The position numbers and the translations under genes are program-made. Positions 26,546 through 35,458 of a stretch of 64,000 bases of DNA are shown piece by piece. Under the pieces are notes generated by a model. The model did not search any database and was not told the origin of the DNA. It saw only the letters and a program-made list of their open reading frames with translations. Source of the DNA: an uncultured Acidobacteriaceae bacterium (lineage in GTDB: Bacteria; Acidobacteriota; Terriglobia; Terriglobales; Acidobacteriaceae); NCBI GenBank assembly GCA_963774255.1, contig CAVZEH010000024.1:59610-123609 (forward strand). Direction: 5' to 3'. Numbering within the stretch: the stretch's first letter is position 1; every line of letters begins with the position of its first letter.

Positions 26546-29500
26546 GTGGTTGATTTTTTTATCCGTCGGCCGGTCTTTGCTACCGTGTGCGCGCTGCTGC
26601 TGATTCTTGCCGGCGCCGTCTGCATTCCAACACTGCCGGTTTCGCTGTACCCGCAGCTGGCGCCCCCGCAGGTTACCGTAACCAGCAACTATATAGGCGC
26701 CAACTCGCAGATCGTCGAGGCCGCGGTAACTATCCCGTTGGAGGAACAGATCAATGGCGTGGAGGGGATGCGCTATATCTCGTCCACGAGCTCGAACGAT
26801 GGGACCAGCGCCATTACTGTGACCTTTCAAACGGACTATAGCCTGGATATTGCGGCCGTCGATGTGCAGAACCGCGTCTCCGCCGCGCAGGGCCGCCTGC
26901 CCCAGTCCGTCACCACTACAGGAATTACTATCACCAAGGCGAACAGCAATTTCGTATTCGCCGCCGCCTTTTTCTCTCCCGGAAATCGCTATTCCAATCT
27001 CTTTATCAGCAACTACGTCGACGTTTATGTCAAAGACGCTCTGAAGCGAATCCCCGGAGTCGGCGACGTCCTCATCTTCGGCGAACGGCGATATGCGATG
27101 CGGGTCTGGCTTGACCCCGCGCGTCTCGCCGCCCGCGGTCTCACAGCGGTCGATGTGACCAACGCGCTCACCGAGCAGAACGTGGAGATCCCGGCCGGCC
27201 AGGTAGGCCAGCCGCCCGCAAGCTCGGCACAGTCTTATCAGATTCCGGTCCGCGTGATTGGACGCCTATCCGATCCTGCGCAATTCGACAAGATCATCGT
27301 TAAGAACACCGCCAGCGGCATCGTCCTGCTCAAGGATGTTGGCCATGCCGAACTGGGCGCTGAAACCTACTCTACCGATCTCCGCTATAACGGCGTGGAT
27401 GCGATCGGCATTGGCGTTCAACAACTGAGTAACGCCAACGCGCTCCAGGTAGACCGCGACGCCAAGGCCGCGCTGGATCAATTGGCGAAGTCCTTCCCTC
27501 CGGGGCTTACCTATGAAGTGCCATTCGACACCACAACCGTGGTTGGCGACTCGATCCGGGAAGTAGTCGGAACGCTGGGCGAAGCGATCGTAATCGTCAT
27601 TGTCGTCATTTTCTTTTTCCTGCTCGATTGGCGCGCCACGATTATTCCGGCAATCACCATCCCGGTGTCGCTGGTGGGCACTTTCGCCTTCATTAAGGCA
27701 TTTGGATTTTCCATCAATTCGTTGACCATGTTCGGGATAACGCTGGCCACCGGCCTGGTGGTCGACGACGCCATCGTGGTCATCGAAAACGTTCAGCGCC
27801 ATATCGACCAGGAACATTCCGATCCACATACCGCGACCTCGGTCGCCATGTCCGAGGTCACAAGCGCAGTCGTGGCTACATCGCTGGTATTGATCTCCGT
27901 ATTCGTGCCGGTTTCTTTCTTCCCCGGAACCACGGGCATTCTCTACAAGCAGTTCGCCTTGACCATTGCGTTTTCCATCGCTATCTCCGCATTCAACGCC
28001 TTGACGCTGTCGCCGGCCTTGGCGGCACTGCTCCTGCGTTCGGAAAAAAATAAGCGCGGGCTGCTTGGATGGATCGATCGCACTATCCACTCCAGCACGC
28101 TTCTCTATGGCAGATTCGTCCGCCAGGTGTTACGGGTCCGTTACCTCGTGCTGGCGCTCTTCATCGCCGGACTGGCGGCGACCGTATACCTCTACACCCA
28201 TGTTCCCTCCGCCTTCTTGCCTACAGAGGATCAAAACTACCTTATCTGCATTGTGCAGACGCCTCCCGGCGCTTCGCTGGCCTATACCAGCGGGGTGGCC
28301 GAGAACGCAGTCAAAATAATCCGGCAGGACAAGGATGTCTATGGAACCTTCGCGGTAATGGGATTCAGCCTCAGCGGAGGCAGCAGCTCTAACTACGGAC
28401 TTATCTTTGTGCCTCTCAAATCCGTCAATCTTCGGCAAAAGGAAGGAAACGGCCACTCGGCCGCGGATATTTTCGCCGAACTCAGCCCCAAGCTCTTCGG
28501 GGTGCCCGGCGGGCTGGTAGTCATCTTCCAACCGCCTGCCATCCAGGGCTTGGGCAACTTCGGCGGATTCCAATTTGAGCTGCAGGATCTGGGCCGCAAC
28601 ACGCTGAGCGATCTCGCTCAAGTCGCCCAACGGATCATCGGAGCAAGCCGTCAGGACAAGGTGCTCACCAATCTTTACACCAGCTATACGGCGAACGATC
28701 CGCAATTGCTGGTCTCGATCGACCGCGAGAAGGCGAAAGCCATGGGAGTATCGCTCAGCCAGATCAGCTCGACCTTGAGTGTCTTCATGGGATCGTCTTA
28801 CGTGAACGATTTCGACTTTAATAACCGGTCGTATCGCGTTTACGCGCAAGCTGACGAACCCGCTCGCAGGACTTCGAGCGATCTGCGCAAGTTCTACGTT
28901 CGATCCGATTCCGGCCAGATGGTCTCTCTGGATAACCTGGTGGACATTCAGCAGTCTTCCGGACCGCAGGTCATCAGCCACTACAATCTGTTCCGGGCGG
29001 CGGAGATCGACGGCTCCGCTGCTCCCGGCTACAGCACCGGTCAAGGCCTCGCGGCGATGGAAAGCCTGGCGAAGAAGAATATGCTCCAGGGCATGAGCTA
29101 CTCCTGGACCGGCCTTTCGCTCGAGGAAATTGAAGCGGGCAGCAAGGTGATCCTTATCTTCGGCCTGGGAATTCTGGTCGTTTACCTCACCTTGTCGGCC
29201 CAGTATGAGAGCTTCGCTCTGCCCTTCATCATTCTGCTGGCAGTACCGATGGCGCTGCTGGGCGCGCTGGGAGCAGTCTCCATGCGAGGCATGGCCAATG
29301 ATGTCTACTGTCAGATCGGTCTGCTGATGCTCATCGGACTCTCGGCAAAGAATTCCATCCTGATCGTCGAATTCGCGGAACAGATCCGCGAGCAGGGAAA
29401 ATCCATCGCCGAAGCTGCGATTGAAGCGGCAGAGCTGCGTCTAAGGCCGATTATGATGACGTCTTTCGCCTTCATCCTCGGCATCCTGCCGCTGTGTTTT

Positions 29501-29689
29501 GCAACCGGTGCAGGCGCCTTGGGGCGGCGTTCAGTAGGCACAACCATCGTTGGAGGCATGCTGCTCTCCACTATTCTGAATCTCATTTTCATCCCGGTGC
29601 TTTACGTAATTCTCAAATCGGGATTGGTCCGTTTAAGCGGTGGTAGAGCGTCCGCTCGGCAGGAAAGCGTTTCTACTGTAAATCTTTAG
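26546..29689 (+). CDS. RND multidrug efflux permease (AcrB/HAE1 family)
   Basis: 1047 aa. N-terminus VDFFIRRPVFATV, 12-TM architecture with two large periplasmic loops. Confidence 0.9.
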   Translation: MVDFFIRRPVFATVCALLLILAGAVCIPTLPVSLYPQLAPPQVTVTSNYIGANSQIVEAAVTIPLEEQINGVEGMRYISSTSSNDGTSAITVTFQTDYSLDIAAVDVQNRVSAAQGRLPQSVTTTGITITKANSNFVFAAAFFSPGNRYSNLFISNYVDVYVKDALKRIPGVGDVLIFGERRYAMRVWLDPARLAARGLTAVDVTNALTEQNVEIPAGQVGQPPASSAQSYQIPVRVIGRLSDPAQFDKIIVKNTASGIVLLKDVGHAELGAETYSTDLRYNGVDAIGIGVQQLSNANALQVDRDAKAALDQLAKSFPPGLTYEVPFDTTTVVGDSIREVVGTLGEAIVIVIVVIFFFLLDWRATIIPAITIPVSLVGTFAFIKAFGFSINSLTMFGITLATGLVVDDAIVVIENVQRHIDQEHSDPHTATSVAMSEVTSAVVATSLVLISVFVPVSFFPGTTGILYKQFALTIAFSIAISAFNALTLSPALAALLLRSEKNKRGLLGWIDRTIHSSTLLYGRFVRQVLRVRYLVLALFIAGLAATVYLYTHVPSAFLPTEDQNYLICIVQTPPGASLAYTSGVAENAVKIIRQDKDVYGTFAVMGFSLSGGSSSNYGLIFVPLKSVNLRQKEGNGHSAADIFAELSPKLFGVPGGLVVIFQPPAIQGLGNFGGFQFELQDLGRNTLSDLAQVAQRIIGASRQDKVLTNLYTSYTANDPQLLVSIDREKAKAMGVSLSQISSTLSVFMGSSYVNDFDFNNRSYRVYAQADEPARRTSSDLRKFYVRSDSGQMVSLDNLVDIQQSSGPQVISHYNLFRAAEIDGSAAPGYSTGQGLAAMESLAKKNMLQGMSYSWTGLSLEEIEAGSKVILIFGLGILVVYLTLSAQYESFALPFIILLAVPMALLGALGAVSMRGMANDVYCQIGLLMLIGLSAKNSILIVEFAEQIREQGKSIAEAAIEAAELRLRPIMMTSFAFILGILPLCFATGAGALGRRSVGTTIVGGMLLSTILNLIFIPVLYVILKSGLVRLSGGRASARQESVSTVNL

Positions 29690-29701
29690 GATTACGCAGA
29701 A

Positions 29702-29765
29702 TCCCAGGTCCCAGAATCGGGACCTGGGGCACCCGCAGATTCCCTGCGGGAATGACAGAAAAAAA
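29702..29765. repeat. REP-like palindromic elements (families 1 and 2) after the RND gene
   Basis: CCCAGGTCCCAGAATCGGGACCTGGGGCACCC hairpin followed by GCAGATTCCCTGCGGGAATGACAGAAAAAAAGC. The same modules recur at 33815-33855, 38745-38860, 43417-43528 and 49899-49945. Confidence 0.75.
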
Positions 29766-29824
29766 GCAACAAACGAGAAGAGCCTCGCCGATGGCGAGGC
29801 TCTCTCCAGAGTCAGCCCTGAGGT

Positions 29825-30217
29825 TTAAGCGCTAAAGGACGATCCGCATCCGCAGGTGCTCTTGGTGTTGGGATTCTCGAACTTGAAGCCGGCAGCTTCC
29901 AGCGTCTCCAGGTAATCCACCACGCAGCCATTCAGATACATCAAGGATGTCGCATCGACGAAGACCTTGAGACCGTCGAAGGCGAAGACCTTGTCCATCA
30001 TGCCCGCTTGATTCTCAAAAGACATGGAATACTGGAATCCTGAGCATCCGCCGCCCACCACACCGATGCGAAGACCGGCAGGCAAAGGATCCTGGCTGGC
30101 CATGATCTCGCGCACTTTCGCGACCGCCTGAGGCGTCAACGAAAGCGGCGCGACCGTTGGGTTGAGGTTTGTTACCGGTTCAGCGATGCTTGTGGTTGCC
30201 ATCCGATTTGTCTCCAT
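29825..30217 (-). CDS. Iron-sulfur cluster insertion protein (HesB/IscA/ErpA family)
   Basis: GLRIGVVGGGCSGFQY and the C-terminal CGCGSSF signature. Confidence 0.85.
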   Translation of the reverse strand: METNRMATTSIAEPVTNLNPTVAPLSLTPQAVAKVREIMASQDPLPAGLRIGVVGGGCSGFQYSMSFENQAGMMDKVFAFDGLKVFVDATSLMYLNGCVVDYLETLEAAGFKFENPNTKSTCGCGSSFSA

Positions 30218-30287
30218 TCCTTGGGGCTGACTTTATTTTATACCGCTTGCGTTTGGATGTCTGCCGGAAGCCGAAGGACTCCTACGA

Positions 30288-30764
30288 TTAATGAGCGGTC
30301 ACATCTGACGAGATGCCCGCGAACTGGGACTCGGACAACAATCCCCGATCCACCAATTGATGGCTGGAGGCATAGGGTCTGTGGCGGATAATTTGCCTGG
30401 CTTTGACCTCGGAAATACCCGGCAAGGAGCTTAATTCTCCCTGCGACGCAGTGTTCAGGTCGATTCGTGACCCGGACGAGGGCGTTTTGTTCCGGAGCCC
30501 GTCCTTCACACCGTCGGCGATATCGTTGACTTTTCGCTCTGCACGGCCCGCAGCCACCCTGGCGTCATCGAGAGCCTCCTTGGACTGCTGCTTCGCCTTC
30601 TCCGTTGTCCGCGCTGCATCTTGCCGCAATTGTTCGTCGGAACGGGTTTGCGAGCCGTTGGTACAGGCGGTTAGGCAACCCAGCCCGGTTCCGGCGAGAA
30701 TCACCAAGGCTGGAACCAAGCGGAAAAAACACCCAAGAACCGGCTTTGAATTATGGCAGTTCAT
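30288..30764 (-). CDS. ComEA-like helix-hairpin-helix DNA-binding protein
   Basis: Signal/TM N-terminus (start MNCHNSKPVLGCFF...). C-terminal IDLNTASQGELSSLPGISEVKARQIIRHRPY HhH motif. Confidence 0.65.
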   Translation of the reverse strand: MNCHNSKPVLGCFFRLVPALVILAGTGLGCLTACTNGSQTRSDEQLRQDAARTTEKAKQQSKEALDDARVAAGRAERKVNDIADGVKDGLRNKTPSSGSRIDLNTASQGELSSLPGISEVKARQIIRHRPYASSHQLVDRGLLSESQFAGISSDVTAH

Positions 30765-31052
30765 ATTTCTCTCCTCTGCCTTTGCTGGGCAATCCCGGGG
30801 AGACGCCCAGCAAAGCATGGTAAGTGGAATGCATTGCTGTAATTAGAGTTGCCAGCATTTATAGCATTTCTCCCCATGCTTTGGAGTTGCTCAAACCGTG
30901 ACATGGAAATATTTCCACGCGAGACTGTAGCGCGCGGCGCCATTGGGGGACTATTATTGCTAGCCAAACGGCCCCTCCTACCCCCGAGCCCGGGCAAATC
31001 CCGGACCCGCTCGGTACCTGGGACTGCCTTAGACCGATTCCAGAGGTGCTTT

Positions 31053-31337
31053 ATGCATTCCTCCCTACCCCCTATGTGGATGTGGATCGTTTGGGCCGGA
31101 TTTACTGTTACGTTGCTCGCTCTCCTGGCCTATCGCGGTACTCTGACCCGTTACGAGGACGACCAACTATTCTTGGACGATGCCTCCGATCACCAGCATA
31201 AGGAGAATGACCTGGTCTTGCGCAAGGTTGCGAAGATCCAACCCCTGGTAAGAATTTGCACTGGAGCAACCTGTATTTTGACTGCGACTATTTTGGGCCT
31301 CTACGTATGGGATGCCATTCGGCAGTTCTACATGTAG
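31053..31337 (+). CDS. Small membrane protein, hypothetical
   Basis: The ATG at 31053 follows AGAGG. Two hydrophobic helices (MWMWIVWAGFTVTLLALLAY, ICTGATCILTATILGLYVW). Confidence 0.4.
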   Translation: MHSSLPPMWMWIVWAGFTVTLLALLAYRGTLTRYEDDQLFLDDASDHQHKENDLVLRKVAKIQPLVRICTGATCILTATILGLYVWDAIRQFYM

Positions 31338-31438
31338 CGGGCGCCGATTAGCAGCGCAAAATAGCTGCACCAAATTGGTGCACCAAGGACTGCGCGGGAA
31401 AATTCGTCCCGGCACGGTCGAGGTACGGAGCACGCCTG

Positions 31439-32572
31439 TTAATTCAACGGGCCGGCATGCAACATACGCCATCCCAGACGCACTCCGTCGTGAAGTAGAA
31501 AATCAGCTAGCGGCATTTCTCCAAGATGGGTGGCCAACATGCGGCCGAACAAGCGGGGATCTCCAGCCATCGCCGCGATGGCGCGATCCCGTATTCCCGG
31601 CGATCGATCCATGCTCAGCATGAGCTTCGACATGAAATGGGAGAGACGCAAAATCCCCGGATGACCGCTCTCATAAATAGCGAGATCGTTCGCGTCGACA
31701 GCCTCGGCCAGCAACTGTGCTTGCCGGAAAGACAAGGCCAGCCCTTCGCCGGTGACCGCATCCACAGACCCTGATGCATCACCGATGAGCAGCACATTTC
31801 CCGAGGTCACGCGGCGCAGCTTCCTGGTCGCTGTCATCGCTCCACGTGCCGCGGTAACTGGAGCGGCGCCCTCTAAACGCCTCTTCAGGAGCGGCATGCT
31901 CTCAAGTACCGCATCCATCCTTATAGATGGATCGCGGGTAACGGTGGCCACGCATACTTCATCTTGCGCAGTGGGAGTGACGTAGGCTTGGCCAACATCT
32001 CCCCAGTACACTTCCACCATGCGGCTCCAGGGCCTGACCCGGAAATGACGGCGAACTCCGAATCGCGGCTTGCAGTCTTCTCCGCCATCAAGCCCGCTCC
32101 ACTGGCGCACTCTGGAGGATTGGCCATCCGCCCCAATCAGATAACGATGGACGCAGGTTTCACCGTTCAAGAGCACGGGTTGGCCGCGGTTGAGCATCAC
32201 GCGGGCGCCCCAAGCCAGCCGGACGCCCACTCGCTCGGCACGCTCCACTAAAAGCGAATGCAAGCGCAAGCGGCGAATGCCGATGCCTCTGCCGGCGGGA
32301 AAAAACGCGGCCACGCAAGCTTTGCCGGAGAGGAATGCTATGCCTTCAAAGGAGGCGCCGTCACTTTCCGAAATGGATATGCCCAGTGCGGCCAGCTCTC
32401 TTTGCGAGTCGGGCATCAGCCCTTCCCCGCAGGCCTTGTCGATGGGAGGAAGCGAGGCGTCCGCAACCAATACATCCAGACCTTTGAGGCGTAGTGCAAT
32501 CGCCGCCGCCAACCCCGCGGGGCCGCCGCCCGCCACCAGCGCATCGCAACCAATCCCGTTTGCCTGCTTCAT
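31439..32572 (-). CDS. FAD-dependent oxidoreductase (geranylgeranyl-reductase-like)
   Basis: N-terminal dinucleotide fold DALVAGGGPAGLAAAIALRLKGLDVLVAD. Its start abuts the stop of the type III PKS. Confidence 0.75.
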   Translation of the reverse strand: MKQANGIGCDALVAGGGPAGLAAAIALRLKGLDVLVADASLPPIDKACGEGLMPDSQRELAALGISISESDGASFEGIAFLSGKACVAAFFPAGRGIGIRRLRLHSLLVERAERVGVRLAWGARVMLNRGQPVLLNGETCVHRYLIGADGQSSRVRQWSGLDGGEDCKPRFGVRRHFRVRPWSRMVEVYWGDVGQAYVTPTAQDEVCVATVTRDPSIRMDAVLESMPLLKRRLEGAAPVTAARGAMTATRKLRRVTSGNVLLIGDASGSVDAVTGEGLALSFRQAQLLAEAVDANDLAIYESGHPGILRLSHFMSKLMLSMDRSPGIRDRAIAAMAGDPRLFGRMLATHLGEMPLADFLLHDGVRLGWRMLHAGPLN

Positions 32573-33622
32573 CTACCACTCCAGCAGCAGCATCTCAGCG
32601 CAAAATCCCGGACCCATTGCGGCGAGCACACTGCGAGTTCCTGGCTCCGGTCTGCGGTGGGTCATAATCTCATCCAGCACCACCAGCACCGAAGCTGAAG
32701 ACAGGTTGCCGATGCGCCGCAGTGCTTCCCAGGACACATCCAGTTCTCCATTCTTCAGGCCCAAAGCCTCGGCTGTAGCCTGTAACACCTTGGGACCGCC
32801 GGTATGCATAATCCACGAGCCTACCTGGGCGCGGGTCATCCCATGCTCGGCAAGAAACTCATCGACATCCCGCCCCAGATTCTCGCGCACGACTTTGGGG
32901 ACATCGGGCGAAAGAACAACCCTGAATCCCTTCTCCGAGATACTCCAACCCATCACATCCTGTGTGCCGGGGTAAAAGGAACTGGCGCTTCCCAGGACTC
33001 TCGGCCCTGGCAACCGCACCTGATCGCCGGCCACCAGCACGGCCGCGGCTCCGTCTCCAAACAGACCGGAAGAAATGAGATTGGCTACCGTGACGTCCTC
33101 CCGCTGCCAGGTGAGAGAACAAAGCTCGACCGAGAGCAGCACAGCGATCTGGTCCGGATAGGCGCGCACGTAATCCGCCGCTCGCGCCAAGCCTGCGGCG
33201 CCGGCAACGCAGCCCAAGCCAAAGATCGGGATTCTTTTCACTTTACGGGAAAGTCTCATCCGGTCCGCCAGACGTGCGTCGATGGAAGGGCTGGAGATTC
33301 CTGTAATGGAGACGAAAAATAAGGCGCCGATCTCTCCCCTATCCACGCCCGCCTTGCTCAGCACACAGTTAATCGCTTGCTCGCCCAACTGCTCGGCGGT
33401 CTCTATCCAAACATCGTTCGACTTCCCCCACGTGTCCAGCGCGGCGTATTGCTCAAGAGGACGGCAAAAGTATCTTCCCTGCACTCCCGTCCTTGAATGT
33501 AACCGCTCCAATACCGCGGCATTCTCAAGGCCTTTGTCCCAATAGGTCTTGAGCGCTGTGATGACTTCGTCTTGTAAGAAGTAATACGGAGGGTAGGCGG
33601 TCGCGGTGGTGACAATTCGCAT
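32573..33622 (-). CDS. Type III polyketide synthase (chalcone/stilbene synthase family)
   Basis: Catalytic Cys in IFGLGCVAGAAGL, His in MHTGGPKVL, Asn in IGNLSSASVL. 349 aa. Confidence 0.85.
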   Translation of the reverse strand: MRIVTTATAYPPYYFLQDEVITALKTYWDKGLENAAVLERLHSRTGVQGRYFCRPLEQYAALDTWGKSNDVWIETAEQLGEQAINCVLSKAGVDRGEIGALFFVSITGISSPSIDARLADRMRLSRKVKRIPIFGLGCVAGAAGLARAADYVRAYPDQIAVLLSVELCSLTWQREDVTVANLISSGLFGDGAAAVLVAGDQVRLPGPRVLGSASSFYPGTQDVMGWSISEKGFRVVLSPDVPKVVRENLGRDVDEFLAEHGMTRAQVGSWIMHTGGPKVLQATAEALGLKNGELDVSWEALRRIGNLSSASVLVVLDEIMTHRRPEPGTRSVLAAMGPGFCAEMLLLEW

Positions 33623-33881
33623 GCACTCTCGATTGAATTGGAATCTTCTTCACTTGATGCAAACTATCGTTTGATGCTAATAGCTCCATGCGCCGATTCG
33701 CCTTTCTCTCCCGGTCTGCTTGATGAGATCACAGATGAAGGAGCGATTCAGTGATGGGATGCAAGCAGCGGGGTAGGAAGCGGAGTGGAGATCTGCGAAG
33801 CATAAACCACAAATCCTGGGTGCCCCAGGTCCCGATTCTGGGACCTGGGATTCCACTAATCTCGAAAAACCCAGGCTGGGC

Positions 33882-34694
33882 TTATTCAAAGGAAAGCGAA
33901 GCGGGGAAAATCTCGATGCGCTCTAAACCAACTGCGCCGGTTTGCGCATCGCCGGTGAGCACCGGCTCCAAGGCTCTTCCCACCAGCAACAAGCGAGGAC
34001 CGGCGGAGGAAGGAATTTCTTCGAACTCCCCCAACCGGAAGGCCCGGTAGCTGGCCTGGGGACGGGAAGCGTCGCTAACCGCTACGCAGGGCGTTCCGTC
34101 CGCCAGCCCGCTCCGCAACAGAGAAACCGTTATTTCGCTCAGATCGCTTCCTGGCATGTAGATGGCGAGGGTCGCGTCCTGGGGCAGATTCTTGGGTATT
34201 CGCTCCAGCGGCTCTCCCGCGGCATGATGTCCGCTGATCACAATCAATTTGGAGGCGACCCGGCGGTCGGTCAGCGAGACGCGCAGCCATGCAGCCGCCG
34301 AAGAGGCGGCTGTCACCCCGGGCACGACCTCAAAGGGCACCTCGGCGGTGCGCAGTGCGTCCATTTCTTCCCCGGCCCGGCCAAAGATCATGGGGTCTCC
34401 AGCCTTCAGGCGAATGACCACCAGACCCCGCTGGGCGGCGGAGATCATCAGATCGTGGATTGCGGTTTGGGTGATTTTCTTTCGGCCGCAGCGCTTGCCT
34501 ACGCTCATGATCAGAGCCTGCTTGCCGCTGAGGTTCAAAATGGATTGAGGCACCAGGTCGTCGTGCAGCACCATATCCGCCTCGCCTAGCAGGCGGACAG
34601 CTTTCACGGTAAGCAGTTCCGGATCACCCGGACCCGCCCCGACAAGGTAGACCTTGCCTGCACTCACTTCCCCGGTTCCAGTTGGAGCGCTCAC
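33882..34694 (-). CDS. cobA: Uroporphyrinogen-III C-methyltransferase
   Basis: VYLVGAGPGDPELLTVKAVRLLGEADMVLHDDLV and the rest of the SUMT fold. 4-nt overlap with the upstream gene. Confidence 0.85.
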   Translation of the reverse strand: MSAPTGTGEVSAGKVYLVGAGPGDPELLTVKAVRLLGEADMVLHDDLVPQSILNLSGKQALIMSVGKRCGRKKITQTAIHDLMISAAQRGLVVIRLKAGDPMIFGRAGEEMDALRTAEVPFEVVPGVTAASSAAAWLRVSLTDRRVASKLIVISGHHAAGEPLERIPKNLPQDATLAIYMPGSDLSEITVSLLRSGLADGTPCVAVSDASRPQASYRAFRLGEFEEIPSSAGPRLLLVGRALEPVLTGDAQTGAVGLERIEIFPASLSFE

Positions 34695-35326
34695 CGGCGC
34701 GCCTCAGCCAATTCGGTGGCGCCGGCAAGCGCCTCCTGCCGCGCCGGACATGCCTCCGCGCTGCAAAGCTCTCGCTGCGCCAAGCGGTGTAGCAGTTCCT
34801 TGCGGGCCTCGCCCGGCGGTGCTGTCTGGAGCACTTCGCGGCGCAGGTCTCCAAGATCGTCCAGCCATTGCCCCAGGCCGGGCGCCAGTTGGAGGTCGAT
34901 TTCCCGCCTCAGTTTCTGAGCCAGCGCAGGACTCTTCCCTGCTGTCGAAATTGCGATCTGCAGGTCGCCGCGCTGGACCAGCGAAGCGCAGAAAAAATCG
35001 CATAGCGGCGGATCGTCCACGGCATTGGAGAGAATCGAACGGCGCGAGGCTTCTTCAAACACGCTGCGATTCACCTCCCGATCGTTAGTAGCGGCAATCG
35101 CCAGCAGAGACCCGTCTAGATCCTCGGGCAGAAAGCGGCGCGCTATCCAATCAATTTCTCCCTTTTCGCTGAGCGCCTTGACCGCCGGCGCGGCCTGCGG
35201 AGAAACCACCGAGACTCTGGCACCACACCGCATCAAGGCTTCGATCTTCTCCAGAGCAACCGTTCCCCCGCCTACCACCAGGCATTTTCTTTGATCGAGC
35301 TTGAGAAACAAAGGAAACAGATTCAT
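34691..35326 (-). CDS. Precorrin-2 dehydrogenase / sirohydrochlorin ferrochelatase (SirC/Met8-like)
   Basis: MNLFPLFLKLDQRKCLVVGGGTVALEKIEAL Rossmann N-terminus typical of the CysG N-terminal domain. Confidence 0.75.
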   Translation of the reverse strand: MNLFPLFLKLDQRKCLVVGGGTVALEKIEALMRCGARVSVVSPQAAPAVKALSEKGEIDWIARRFLPEDLDGSLLAIAATNDREVNRSVFEEASRRSILSNAVDDPPLCDFFCASLVQRGDLQIAISTAGKSPALAQKLRREIDLQLAPGLGQWLDDLGDLRREVLQTAPPGEARKELLHRLAQRELCSAEACPARQEALAGATELAEARR

Positions 35327-35334
35327 TCGCTCGC

Positions 35335-35450
35335 CAACTTCTTGGTGGAAGCCCCCTGCTTTAGCAGGGGGAAGCCGGACTTTAGTCCGGCGGAAAGTAG
35401 TCGATCCTCAAAAATGGGCTTTAGCCCTGGATGAATGCGCGGATTTCCAC
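35335..35450. repeat. REP-like element with GC-rich hairpins
   Basis: GAAGCCCCCTGCTTTAGCAGGGGGAAGCCGGACTTTAGTCCGGCGG ... GGGCTTTAGCCCTGG. It consists of short perfect hairpins and fills the gap between sirC and the reductase gene. Confidence 0.55.
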
Positions 35451-35458
35451 CAGCAAGT

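Noticed and set aside
27266-29044. Antisense ORFs of 274 and 304 aa inside the RND pump gene
   Set aside because: Same reasoning: the sense strand is an uninterrupted 1047-aa AcrB-like protein.
32190-32975. 261-aa plus-strand ORF spanning the oxidoreductase/PKS junction
   Set aside because: It is antisense to two well-supported genes and is Ser/Pro/Ala-rich low complexity.
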